Part shown: one piece after another, positions 9,197 to 18,113 of the stretch
How the letters are laid out: the number at the start of each line of letters is the position of its first letter
Position numbering within the stretch: position 1 is the first letter of the stretch
Source of the DNA: Planctomycetota bacterium
GTDB taxonomy: Bacteria; Planctomycetota; Planctomycetia; Pirellulales; UBA1268
DNA length: 64,000 nt
Assembly (NCBI GenBank): GCA_029978905.1
Contig: JAPOIM010000007.1
Span: 15,942 to 79,941 of the forward strand
Reading direction: 5' to 3'
Notes under the pieces: model-generated
Told to the model about the DNA's origin: nothing
Databases searched by the model: none
What the model saw: the letters and a program-made list of their open reading frames with translations, nothing else
Position numbers and translations under genes: made by a program

Positions 9197-9334
9197 GGCG
9201 GTCTCTTGGCCCTGCGGCTCTCGGGGCCCACAAGCAGTGGAGGTCTTGCTAAGGCTGCGGACGATAGTTCCGGTGAGTCCTGAAGGTCAATCGGGGTTCG
9301 CCGGAAGCCCGTCGCCGCTGCCGCGAGAAACAGG

Positions 9335-10111
9335 ATGAGGAAGGCGCTGGCGAGGTTCGCGGCCGCTGCTGCAGACCTCCTCTTTCCACCGGAATGCCTG
9401 CTCTGCCAGCGGCCCCTGCCTCCTCCAGACGCAGGGGGCGATCAATGGGATGCCCCACGCGATTTCTGTGCGGCGTGTGTGGCAGAACTGACGGCGGGCC
9501 TGCCGAGGTGCCCACGCTGCGGGGCGACCTGCAGTCACTCGCTGGAATCGGCCGACTGCGAGGCCTGTCGAGGCCATGCGCTTCCTTGGCGGGGGGCGGT
9601 CATTTTTGCGACGTACGGGGATCTCGTGCGGGAGGCTGTGCTGCGGGCCAAGCGGGCGTCGGGAGAATCGGTGGCTTTGGCCTTGGGGAGGCGTTTGGGC
9701 GACCAGGTTCACGCCCACCTCCGCGCGGCCCCACCTCCCGACCTCGTGGTGCCCGTGCCCATGCACTGGCGTCGCCGCGTGGTGCGGGGGGCAAGCTCGG
9801 CCCACGTGCTCGCGGCAGCCGTGGCGGAGAGGCTCCAGCGGCCGGCGCGGGCGTGGCTGCGTCGCACGCGAGCGACGAGCATGCAGAACACCTTGCCACC
9901 GCAGCAGCGTCCAGCCAATGTCGCGGGGGCTTTTCTCGCGGATCGTCGCCTCCGCGGGAAGCGGGTGCTCGTGGTGGATGATGTGATCACCACAGGGGCG
10001 ACAGTGGCTGCCTGTACACATGCCCTTCTCGCCGCCGGAGCCCTGGAGGTGTATCTTGCTGCGGTGGCGAAAGCGGAACGGTCGGACCACCTGGCTGATG
10101 ACGATCCGTAG
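9335..10111 (+). CDS. ComF/GntX family phosphoribosyltransferase
   Basis: The N-terminus carries Cys pairs (CLLC, CAAC, CPRCG, CEAC). The C-terminus has the PRPP loop RVLVVDDVITTGAT. Confidence 0.8.
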   Translation: MRKALARFAAAAADLLFPPECLLCQRPLPPPDAGGDQWDAPRDFCAACVAELTAGLPRCPRCGATCSHSLESADCEACRGHALPWRGAVIFATYGDLVREAVLRAKRASGESVALALGRRLGDQVHAHLRAAPPPDLVVPVPMHWRRRVVRGASSAHVLAAAVAERLQRPARAWLRRTRATSMQNTLPPQQRPANVAGAFLADRRLRGKRVLVVDDVITTGATVAACTHALLAAGALEVYLAAVAKAERSDHLADDDP

Positions 10112-10181
10112 ATCCTTGTTTCTCCTTCCAGCAAGTCGCGGTGGTTGCCGACACGACGCGGCAGCTCCCCCTCACCCCTGA

Positions 10182-11156
10182 TTGTCAGCAATGCCCCCAA
10201 TCGTTCTTGGCACACGTGGGAGTCTGCTCGCGCGTACGCAGACCGGCCACGTCGCAGACCAGCTTCGCGCTGCTGGGTGCGACGTCACCGTCGAGATCAT
10301 TCAAACCACAGGCGACGCCGATCGAGAGTCTCCGATCGCGAGCCTTGGTCGCGACGGCGTGTTTGTGCACGAACTGGAGAAGGCGCTGCTGGAAGGGCGC
10401 GTCGATGCGGCGGTCCACAGTTGCAAAGACTTGCCGACAACAGACACTGCTGGGCTGATCGTGGTGGCCGTACCTCCCCGGGTCACCCCCTTCGACGTGC
10501 TGATCACGTTGGATGGAGCGAAACTTGAGGACCTGCCGCCTGACGCGGTGATCGGCACCTCCAGCATTCGCCGCGTGACGCAGCTGAAGAAGTTGCGGCC
10601 GGATCTCATGACGGCGCCTCTGCGAGGCAACATCGACACCCGGTTGCAGCGGGTGTCGTCGGGAGAGTACGCCGGCATCATTTTGGCGGCCGCGGGCCTC
10701 GAACGGGTTGGGCAGGCGGACCGTGGGGTAGAACTTCTCGCCCCGCCTCGCTTCTGGCCAGCGATCGCCCAGGGGGCCCTCGCGATTCAAGCGCGAGCCG
10801 ACGACCACACCGTCTGCGAGGCTTTGGCTCGGATCGACGACCCTCAGTCGCACCGGGCGGTGGTCGCGGAACGGAAGTGTCTCTCGTCGCTGGCGGGGGG
10901 GTGCCTCGCTCCGATTGGCGGATACGCCGTTGAAGGGAGGGGGTTTCTGGAACTCACGGCCTGCGTCCTCGACAATACATCAGATGGCGTGCGTCGGATC
11001 GATATGACCGCCGCCGTGGAGATTGCCGGGATGGCAGACGACGTTGCCTTGGAAATGGCGGCTCGTTTGGGCGTTCGTGTTGCCGAAGGGCTGCGTGAGC
11101 AAGGGGCTGATGCCATGCTCGCGAGCATGCGTGCGCAGCAGCTGCCCCCTGAGTGA
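10182..11156 (+). CDS. hemC: Hydroxymethylbilane synthase (porphobilinogen deaminase)
   Basis: Motifs IVLGTRGSLLARTQT and IIQTTGD are present, as is the cofactor cysteine context SLAGGCLAPIG. Confidence 0.92.
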   Translation: MSAMPPIVLGTRGSLLARTQTGHVADQLRAAGCDVTVEIIQTTGDADRESPIASLGRDGVFVHELEKALLEGRVDAAVHSCKDLPTTDTAGLIVVAVPPRVTPFDVLITLDGAKLEDLPPDAVIGTSSIRRVTQLKKLRPDLMTAPLRGNIDTRLQRVSSGEYAGIILAAAGLERVGQADRGVELLAPPRFWPAIAQGALAIQARADDHTVCEALARIDDPQSHRAVVAERKCLSSLAGGCLAPIGGYAVEGRGFLELTACVLDNTSDGVRRIDMTAAVEIAGMADDVALEMAARLGVRVAEGLREQGADAMLASMRAQQLPPE

Positions 11157-11184
11157 GATCTCGGTGCGGCGGACAAAGCCTGAA

Positions 11185-11250
11185 CGAAACGATGGGGACC
11201 GAAACGACAGGCTGTCTTTCTCGTTCAAATAAATTGAAGTATCTTAAAAT
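11185..11250 (+). promoter_or_regulatory. AT-rich upstream region of the orphan NarL-type regulator, with a direct repeat and promoter-like hexamers
   Basis: CGAAACGA occurs twice (11185-11192 and 11200-11207). TTCAAA (11224-29) and TAAAAT (11245-50) are separated by a 15-nt spacer. This is the lowest-GC stretch in this part of the window. Confidence 0.25.
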
Positions 11251-11286
11251 GCAGTTTGGTTCGCTCCCAAACCCACAGGGGAACAC

Positions 11287-11919
11287 ATGTCAGTCAAAGT
11301 TGTGATTGCCGACGATCACGAGGTGGTTCGCAAGGGGCTTGCTGGTCTGCTTGAGGGGTCGGACGTCAAGATTGTTGGTGAAGCTGCTGACGGTGATGAG
11401 GCCCTGAAACTGACCAAGAAGCTCAAGCCTGACGTGCTGCTCCTGGACATCCGGATGCCGGGCACGGACGGCTTGGCGACGCTTGAGCGCGTGCGAGCCG
11501 ATATGCCCGCGGTCAAGGTGGTGATGCTCTCCACATTTGACAATCCGACATATGTGGCTCGAGCGGTCGCTGGGGGGGCCCACGACTACATCCTGAAGGG
11601 GTCGACTCGCGCTGAGTTGATCAACTCGATCTCAGGGGCCGCCGCGGGGCAACTGCCCATGAAGGCCGGCGAACTGCGTCGGGTGGCGACCACCATGGCC
11701 AATCGCGTCGCCGCGCCCGATCCCAACATCCCCCTCACGCAGCGTGAGACGCAGGTGCTCCGTCACATGGCGCTCGGGCTTTCCAACAAGGAGATTGCCC
11801 AGTCGTTGACGATCAGTGTGGAAACTGTGAAGGAGCATGTGCAGAACATCCTTCGCAAGCTTTCCGTTGCGGATCGTACGCAGGCCGCGGTTTGGGCTGT
11901 CCGCCACGGCCTCGTCTGA
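11287..11919 (+). CDS. NarL/FixJ-family response regulator (REC plus LuxR HTH); orphan, with no kinase nearby
   Basis: REC motifs are VIADDHEVVRKGL and DVLLLDIRMPGTDG. The HTH is LTQRETQVLRHMALGLSNKEIAQSLTISVETVKEHVQNILRKL. Confidence 0.9.
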   Translation: MSVKVVIADDHEVVRKGLAGLLEGSDVKIVGEAADGDEALKLTKKLKPDVLLLDIRMPGTDGLATLERVRADMPAVKVVMLSTFDNPTYVARAVAGGAHDYILKGSTRAELINSISGAAAGQLPMKAGELRRVATTMANRVAAPDPNIPLTQRETQVLRHMALGLSNKEIAQSLTISVETVKEHVQNILRKLSVADRTQAAVWAVRHGLV

Positions 11920-11924
11920 GCATT

Positions 11925-11952
11925 CTTGGAAAAAGCCTTCCCAGGTTTTTTT
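11925..11952 (+). terminator. Candidate intrinsic terminator after the NarL-type regulator gene
   Basis: A weak stem (CTTGG...CCAGG, one G-U pair, inner GGAA/TTCC) is followed by a run of 7 T (11946-11952). Such a run is rare in this GC context. Confidence 0.3.
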
Positions 11953-11965
11953 CGCGGGCGTGGAT

Positions 11966-12967
11966 TTACCCGGCGCGCGGGTGCGCTTTGTTGAACGCGT
12001 CAAGGAGACGAGCGGTGGTGACGTGGGTGTACACCTGCGTGGTCACGATGCTCTTGTGACCGAGCAGTTCTTGCACGCTGCGGATGTCGGCGCCGTTGTC
12101 GAGCAGGTGCGTGGCAAAACTGTGGCGAAGGGTGTGTGGGCTTGCACGCCCGATGAGGCCGGCGACGGCCAGGTGCTTTTCAAGCAGCCTCGCGACGCCC
12201 CGCACGGATAGCCGTTTGCCGAAGCGATTGCGAAACAGCGGCGGTCGTGCTGTGGAGGCCGCAGGGGCTGGCAGGGTGCGCCGGGCCTCCAGCCAGTCGC
12301 GGACGGCGTCTGCGGCGTGCGTTCCCACGATCCCCAGTCGCTCGCGGCGACCTTTTCCGCGGACGCGGATCGTGCCGCCAAGGAGGTCGAGGTCGTGGTC
12401 GTCGAGGCCCGTCAGTTCGCTGACGCGGACGCCAGACGAATACATCAATTCCAGGATCGCCCGGTCACGGATGTCGCCAACGCTTGAACTTGCGGGGGCA
12501 TCGAGCAACCGCAGGATCTCGTCGTGGGTGAGAAACGACGGGAGTGGCCGCTTGCGGCGAGGACTCTTTACCGGCTTGGCTGGATTCGCCGCGACCCAGC
12601 CTTCTCGCTGTCCGAAGCGATAGAAGCTTCGCATGCTGGCCAGTTTCCGGGCCACCGTCGAGGCGGCATAGCCAGAGGCGTGAAGGGCGGCGGCATAACG
12701 CCGCAAGAGCACGCTCGTCGCGTCGCCAGGGGCGCGACAGCCCGCCGAGGTCAGAAACTCACAGCACTGCAGAAGGTCTTCTCGGTAGCCCTTGAGCGTG
12801 TGCGGCGAGGCGGACTTCTCCGCCTGCATGTATGTCAGAAAGCGGTCGAGCGCGGTCGCGAGTGCCTGGGGAAGTTGCAGCGCCGTCTGAGCACCGGCAG
12901 AAGGTGGGCGATCAGGCTGCGTGGTCGTGCTGCGTGCTGCCCGGCTTGTGACGCTGGGGGAGCGCAT
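11966..12967 (-). CDS. Tyrosine recombinase, XerC/XerD family
   Basis: Catalytic residues are visible in SGVRVSEL, GKGRRER, HTLRHSFATHLL and LGHKSIVTTQVYTHV. ATG 12967 lies one nucleotide after the stop of the upstream small ORF; the track start at 12997 is an alternative. Confidence 0.85.
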   Translation of the reverse strand: MRSPSVTSRAARSTTTQPDRPPSAGAQTALQLPQALATALDRFLTYMQAEKSASPHTLKGYREDLLQCCEFLTSAGCRAPGDATSVLLRRYAAALHASGYAASTVARKLASMRSFYRFGQREGWVAANPAKPVKSPRRKRPLPSFLTHDEILRLLDAPASSSVGDIRDRAILELMYSSGVRVSELTGLDDHDLDLLGGTIRVRGKGRRERLGIVGTHAADAVRDWLEARRTLPAPAASTARPPLFRNRFGKRLSVRGVARLLEKHLAVAGLIGRASPHTLRHSFATHLLDNGADIRSVQELLGHKSIVTTQVYTHVTTARLLDAFNKAHPRAG

Positions 12968-12968
12968 G

Positions 12969-13202
12969 TCACGCCGCGCGGTCTGCGGGTGGAGCAAGCC
13001 GGCCGCGAGCAGCCTTTTGGCTGCACTGCCGAACCTTCTGGCCGAGGACCGCCGCGTCGTACCAGGAGAAACTCAACTCGGGGTTGGCCGCATACCGCCC
13101 GAGCATCTTCAGCGTTTCCGTCCTGCTATCGTCGTCGAAGAGGAAGACGTAGCGCTCCGAACCCTTGACCAGGGCGATCACGTTGATGTCGCGAGCAGGC
13201 AT
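12969..13202 (-). CDS. Hypothetical small protein (77 aa)
   Basis: This is the C-terminal part of track ORF 12969..13748, taken from ATG 13202: MPARDINVIALVKGSERYVFLFDDDSRTETLKMLGRYAANPELSFSWYDAAVLGQKV. I recognise no family. The call rests on position (abutting the recombinase start) and codon style. Confidence 0.45.
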   Translation of the reverse strand: MPARDINVIALVKGSERYVFLFDDDSRTETLKMLGRYAANPELSFSWYDAAVLGQKVRQCSQKAARGRLAPPADRAA

Positions 13203-13362
13203 CCGACAGGCCCCGGACGTGAGTGAGAAAGACGGGACTTCACAAGACCAACCACGGGAGATATCGACCGCCGTTGGCATGCGGGCCAGGTCTGCAAATC
13301 CAGCCTCTTCAGTCGGTGCTACCGGACAACCTTGCCACGATGACCCGGGCTGTGGCGGTGCG

Positions 13363-14058
13363 TCAGAAGAGTCCGCCAAAACTGCGCAGACCGAGCGGTT
13401 CGCGGGAGTAGAAAGGTTCACCACGCAGCGTGTTGATCGAGGAACCCCACCACGAGCCTGCAGCGTCGACGCGATCGAGCACGGTAGGACGTGGCCCTTC
13501 TTGCGGTAACTGGCTTTCGTAGCAGAGAAGCGACTTCCACTTCCGATCCCAGCCGCTCGAGATATCCACCACAAACGCGGGCATTCGGACCACCCGCAAG
13601 TGCACGCAGGAGTAGTAGAAAACTCTCTCTGGGTGGCAAGGTTCACCAGGAAGGTCACATTTTGTGAGCTTCGCCCAAAACCTCGCGGCTTCGGTGAGTT
13701 TCGTCGCGGCGGTGTGATCCGGGTGGGCATCGACCCAGTACGGCGCAAAGAGCCAGCGAGGGCGTTCTCGGCGAAACACGGACGCCAAAGCGGCGCGGGC
13801 CTTGAGCGTGGCTCGCAGTTTGCGGTTCGGAAGGTCGAGATTCTCTCGCCACGTCAGCCCCAAGGCTGCTGTGGCGGCTGCGGTTTCTCTCGCGCGGATC
13901 TCGACGGACCCACGCGGGGTGGGCTCCCCGTTGGTCAGGTCCAGCACCCCCACAGACAGTCCGTCGTCGAGCATGCGGGCGATGGTGCCTCCCATGCCAA
14001 GTTCGGCATCGTCGGGGTGCGGGGCCACGACCAGCACATCAAGTCCCATGACTGTCAT
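13363..14058 (-). CDS. PIG-L/LmbE family deacetylase (BshB1-like)
   Basis: LVVAPHPDDAELGMGG and the later DAHPDH motif are present. The second ATG at 14049 has better spacing from GAGGA. Confidence 0.85.
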   Translation of the reverse strand: MTVMGLDVLVVAPHPDDAELGMGGTIARMLDDGLSVGVLDLTNGEPTPRGSVEIRARETAAATAALGLTWRENLDLPNRKLRATLKARAALASVFRRERPRWLFAPYWVDAHPDHTAATKLTEAARFWAKLTKCDLPGEPCHPERVFYYSCVHLRVVRMPAFVVDISSGWDRKWKSLLCYESQLPQEGPRPTVLDRVDAAGSWWGSSINTLRGEPFYSREPLGLRSFGGLF

Positions 14059-14257
14059 CCTCGAGGTGTGCGGTGTCGGTGCCGCTCTCGTTCCACGTCG
14101 GTGCCACCGATCGTTTTTCCATCATTGGTTAATGGTGTCTCACAATCCATCGCGTGGCAAAACGGCCGGCGAGCGGCGTGCCGGCCAGCAAGTGGAAGCC
14201 GAAAAGCTGCAGTTGGTAGACTTCAGCGATCGGATGGGTATGCGCAGGTGCTGAACG

Positions 14258-15631
14258 ATGGGTGAAGACAAGCCAGAGCAGGTGTCGTCCGACGACGCTG
14301 CTTTCGTAGGAGATGACGCTGCCGAAGGGTCGGGGCTGTCTGGGGCCTTTGAACTCCCCGAGGGGATCCTCCCTGATCTCGAGGCCGAGTTTGGCGCCGT
14401 GGCTTCTCCGGCCGGTGACGATCCGAACCGTGGTGAAGACGGTGACGAGGTTGGGTCGGAGTTTTCAGAGTTTGCCGAACTCGACAACCCTGAGATGGCA
14501 GCGGATCTGATCGGTGAGACGTCGCAGGACGAACTCCCCGGCGGTTGGGAATCCAGCGACGACTTCGACGAAGACGAGGAGGCCGCAGCAGGCCCTCAGG
14601 TTGATCACCCGATGGAAGTCCGGGGCGGCCGTCGCGACGGGGTGCAGGGAAGTCTGCCCCCGAGGCCACTGCGACGAAAGCACGCCTCCGGCTCCGTGGT
14701 CGGTGTGGTGGTGGGGGGACTGATGGCGATACCAATCGTCATCGTGATTCTCCTGTGGGGCTTTCGTCGAGATGATTTTGGGATCGCGCGGGTGATGCCA
14801 GAAACGCTCTCGTTCCTGATTCCCCAAGAACTCCGGGCACCGCGAGCGTCGCGTGGGTTGAGGATTCCTGATCCACGTGGTCTGCCGCGGTTGCCCGAGG
14901 AAGGCCTCGTGGCGGCGGACGATCCACTCGCTGGCGCACGGGCGGCAGAAGACGACCGGGTGGTGTCTGAGATGCCTGCCGGCACGGGGGGGGCGTTGCC
15001 GCTCGACGAAGCGACGGATGGTCGTGACGAGCCTGCTGAGGATGCCCTGCTGGCGGCGGCGGATCTGGCGATGCTTGAGATGGCGACGGCGCGGGCGGGG
15101 GTGATGCTGGCGAGTGTGCTGGGCGTTCCCGAAGACGCACCTGACTCGATGCGGAAAGCAGCGCTGGTGGACTGGTACAAGAGCCTCGCTGCGGTCGGCG
15201 AAGAAGCCGTTGCGACCGAGCAGGTGATGGCGGAGTCTGGAAGATCCACGACGCGCGTGGCTCAGCCCCTGGCGAGCATGGTGCAGCGCATTGGCGAAAA
15301 CCCAGCGGCCTACGCCGAGTTTGGCGATTTAGCCCAGCAATGGATCAAGGCGACCAAACGGGACTCCCAGGGCATCGTGGTGCCTGGCAGGATCGCGGAG
15401 GTGCGGCAGGTTGGCATGGTGTGGACCTCGACGCTCCACACGGGAGTTGATGGTGCCGAGTCTCCGCTGGTGACGGTTCTCTCCAGTCGACCGCCAGCTA
15501 TGGAAGAGGGGACGGAGGTCGTGGCCGTGGGGGTGATGGTGGCTGGCGACGCGATGTGGGCGGCGAGTTTTGTCACCCGCGACGCGGACGGGTCGATGCC
15601 CGCGGGCGACGTTCCCGTATCAGCTGAGTGA
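14258..15631 (+). CDS. Hypothetical single-pass membrane protein with a very acidic N-terminal region
   Basis: 457-aa ORF. The first 110 or so residues are Asp/Glu-rich. One TM is present (VVGVVVGGLMAIPIVIVILLWGF), followed by a C-terminal region of about 280 aa with no recognised motif. Its stop overlaps the next gene's GTG. Confidence 0.55.
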   Translation: MGEDKPEQVSSDDAAFVGDDAAEGSGLSGAFELPEGILPDLEAEFGAVASPAGDDPNRGEDGDEVGSEFSEFAELDNPEMAADLIGETSQDELPGGWESSDDFDEDEEAAAGPQVDHPMEVRGGRRDGVQGSLPPRPLRRKHASGSVVGVVVGGLMAIPIVIVILLWGFRRDDFGIARVMPETLSFLIPQELRAPRASRGLRIPDPRGLPRLPEEGLVAADDPLAGARAAEDDRVVSEMPAGTGGALPLDEATDGRDEPAEDALLAAADLAMLEMATARAGVMLASVLGVPEDAPDSMRKAALVDWYKSLAAVGEEAVATEQVMAESGRSTTRVAQPLASMVQRIGENPAAYAEFGDLAQQWIKATKRDSQGIVVPGRIAEVRQVGMVWTSTLHTGVDGAESPLVTVLSSRPPAMEEGTEVVAVGVMVAGDAMWAASFVTRDADGSMPAGDVPVSAE

Positions 15632-17109
15632 CGGTGCCCGGTTGCGGAGAAGCGATGCCTAACGATGTGGTGACAATACGCGATTCCATCAAACGCGGAG
15701 AGGTTTCGGCATCAGAGCACCTCGCGGGTGCGGTAGAACGCTGGCACGAGTCGCACGCTTGGCTCAATGCGCTGGTGCAGCCCCGCATGGAGGCCGCCAC
15801 GCATGAGGCGGGAGCGATTCGTGCAGGCGATGCGCGGCCGCTCGCCGGCGTGCCCGTGAGTTTCAAAGACTGCTTCGCGGTCGCAGGCCTGCGCACCACC
15901 CTGGGGATTCTGCCACGACAGCAAGCGCACGACGCACAGGACTGTGAGTTGGTGCAGCGGGTGCGGGCCGCGGGCGCGGTCATCGTTGGGAAGTCCAACG
16001 TGCCGCAGGCGCTCTATCTCCATGAAACCGACAACCCCGTCTTTGGCCGAACGGTCAATCCCCGCGACCGCGAGCGAGGGCCCGGGGGCTCGAGTGGTGG
16101 CGATGCGGCCTTGGTGGCGGCGGGCGTCGTGCCGCTCGCGTTTGGCAACGATCTCGCCGGGAGCATTCGGCAGCCGGCGCATGCCTGTGGAATCGTGGGC
16201 TACCTGCCTTCCACGAGGTGCCTTGGGACAGGCGGCGCGTTTCACACGATGCCGTCGCTGCGGGGCATGACGTCGCGGGCCGGCGTGCTCACGCGATCCG
16301 TTGGGGATGCGATCGTTGCGGTGGAGGCGGTCGTGGGGCGTCCGCTGCTCCCCCCGGCCACGACGGCCACAACCCCCGTGGTTGGATGGTGGGACACCGC
16401 GGGGCCGATTCCTGCCTCGTTGGCCGTGAAACGAGGGGTTCGCGAAGCCGTCTCACAGCTGGAGGCCTCGGGCTGTCGCACGCGGCAGGTCGAAGACAGC
16501 CTCGTCGAACTCGCAGGCTGGCTCCATCTGTCGCTCGTCAGTGCTGATGGCGGGAAGGCGATCGAGAATCTGCTGGCGGATTCCCCGGCGATCCCTCAGG
16601 TTGGTGAACTGCTGCGAATTGCGGGGATGCCTCGCTGGCAGCGGCCGCTGGTGGCGGGGATCGCGGGCCTGGTTGGGCGTCGGATTGAGTCGATTGCCGT
16701 CCGCAAAACAGGTCCGCTCTCAACGGATGCCTGCGATGCCTTGTTGCGGGCTCGCCTCGCCCTCGCGTCGATCCTTGAGAACTGGCGGCGAGCCGAAGGG
16801 ATCGACGCGATCGTGTGCCCGGTGTCGGCGCTGCCTGCTCTCCGGCATGCAACCGCGGGACGGCTGATCTTGGCAGCATTTCCATGTCTGCTTGCGAGCC
16901 TGTTCGATCTGCCTGCCGCGACCGTGCCCGTGACGCGTGTGCGGGCTGGGGAGACGATCGGCCGCCCTTCATCCCGTGACCCAGTGCTGCGGGCTGCGGC
17001 GGAGACCGATGCCGGCAGTGTTGGTTTGCCGATCGGCGTGCAGGTGGTCGCGGTTGATGGTCGTGAAGAGACAGTTCTGAGGGTGATGAGAGGACTCGAG
17101 CGGACATAG
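15628..17109 (+). CDS. Amidase-signature family amidase
   Basis: SFKDCFAVAGL (catalytic Lys context) and GGSSGGDAALVAAG are present. GTG 15628 overlaps the preceding TGA (GTGA); ATG 15655 is an alternative start. Confidence 0.85.
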   Translation: MTVPGCGEAMPNDVVTIRDSIKRGEVSASEHLAGAVERWHESHAWLNALVQPRMEAATHEAGAIRAGDARPLAGVPVSFKDCFAVAGLRTTLGILPRQQAHDAQDCELVQRVRAAGAVIVGKSNVPQALYLHETDNPVFGRTVNPRDRERGPGGSSGGDAALVAAGVVPLAFGNDLAGSIRQPAHACGIVGYLPSTRCLGTGGAFHTMPSLRGMTSRAGVLTRSVGDAIVAVEAVVGRPLLPPATTATTPVVGWWDTAGPIPASLAVKRGVREAVSQLEASGCRTRQVEDSLVELAGWLHLSLVSADGGKAIENLLADSPAIPQVGELLRIAGMPRWQRPLVAGIAGLVGRRIESIAVRKTGPLSTDACDALLRARLALASILENWRRAEGIDAIVCPVSALPALRHATAGRLILAAFPCLLASLFDLPAATVPVTRVRAGETIGRPSSRDPVLRAAAETDAGSVGLPIGVQVVAVDGREETVLRVMRGLERT

Positions 17110-17111
17110 CC

Positions 17112-18113
17112 CTACTCGGCAAGCCGGGCGATCAGAGAACTCGGCATCCGCTCGACTGCCAGCACTTCGCAGGCGGCACCGGCGTCAATGCCCGCTTTGG
17201 GCATGCTCCAGACAACGCTTGAGGCTTCGTCTTGGGCGATGGTGTGCCAGCCACGGCTGCGGAGTTTCCCGAGCCCAGCGGCCCCATCCTTTCCCATCCC
17301 GGTGAGCAACACGCCCACGCCGGACCGAGCGCAGTGCTGCGCGACGCTGGTGAAGAAGACGTCCACGCTCGGCCGGAAGAAAACGTCGCGCGGTTCGTCG
17401 GTGTATTCGAGCGTCTTCTGCTTGGAGTAGATCAGGTGGTCGTTGGTGCCTGCGACGACGACATCGCCGGCCTGCAGCGTCTGGCCGTGCTCCGCGACAC
17501 GCACCGAACGGCTGGTGCGATCGCCAAGCCACTTGGCAAGGCCGGGGGCAAACGCCACGTCGACATGCTGCACGATCACGACCGCCACGTTCCAATCGTG
17601 GGGCAGCGGTGTAAGGAGGTCCGAAAGCGCCTTGGGGCCACCCGTGCTCGCGCCCACCACCAGCAGGCGAGGGGGTGAGGTGTGGGAGCCGATCGCAGCA
17701 GGTTTGGGGCGAGCAGACGCCCCAATCAGTTTGGCAATCGTGCGAATCTTCTCCACAAGTGCGGTTGCGCCGCTGACCTCGCCTGCCGCTCCGAGAATCG
17801 GGGTGTCGACCGCGTCGAGGGCACCATGCCCCATCGCGTCGTAGACGAGGGAGATGTTGCCGCTGACCGTTGCGGTGACCACCAGAATGGCACACGGCGA
17901 ACCCTTCATGATCTGCCGTGTGGCTTCCACGCCGTTGACGTGGGGCATGAGCAGATCCATGAGAATCAGGTCGGGGCGATCCCGCCGCGCCATGGCAATC
18001 GCCTCCACTCCATCTCCTGCTGTCCAGGCGAGTTCGTGGTCGGGCATGCTGTCGACGACCCGTCTCAGGGCTTCGCACGCAGCCTTCATATCGTTGACGA
18101 TGCCGATTCTCAC
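17112..18113 (-). CDS. cheB: Protein-glutamate methylesterase CheB (WspF-like position)
   Basis: REC motif DLILMDLLMPHVNG. Esterase motifs VVGASTGGPKAL, VIVQHVD and GMGKDGAAG. The gene overlaps the upstream kinase gene by 4 nt. Confidence 0.9.
   Translation of the reverse strand: MRIGIVNDMKAACEALRRVVDSMPDHELAWTAGDGVEAIAMARRDRPDLILMDLLMPHVNGVEATRQIMKGSPCAILVVTATVSGNISLVYDAMGHGALDAVDTPILGAAGEVSGATALVEKIRTIAKLIGASARPKPAAIGSHTSPPRLLVVGASTGGPKALSDLLTPLPHDWNVAVVIVQHVDVAFAPGLAKWLGDRTSRSVRVAEHGQTLQAGDVVVAGTNDHLIYSKQKTLEYTDEPRDVFFRPSVDVFFTSVAQHCARSGVGVLLTGMGKDGAAGLGKLRSRGWHTIAQDEASSVVWSMPKAGIDAGAACEVLAVERMPSSLIARLAE

Noticed and set aside
11966-12967. Tyrosine recombinase as a marker of an integrated mobile element
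   Set aside because: The sequence is XerC/XerD-like. I found no flanking direct repeats or phage, plasmid or transposase genes, and no tRNA lies adjacent. The neighbours are housekeeping genes.
12969-13748. 259-aa minus-strand ORF spanning the PIG-L gene's 3' end
   Set aside because: The upstream two thirds overlap the well-supported PIG-L deacetylase frame. I kept only the last 77 codons, from ATG 13202, as a tentative CDS.
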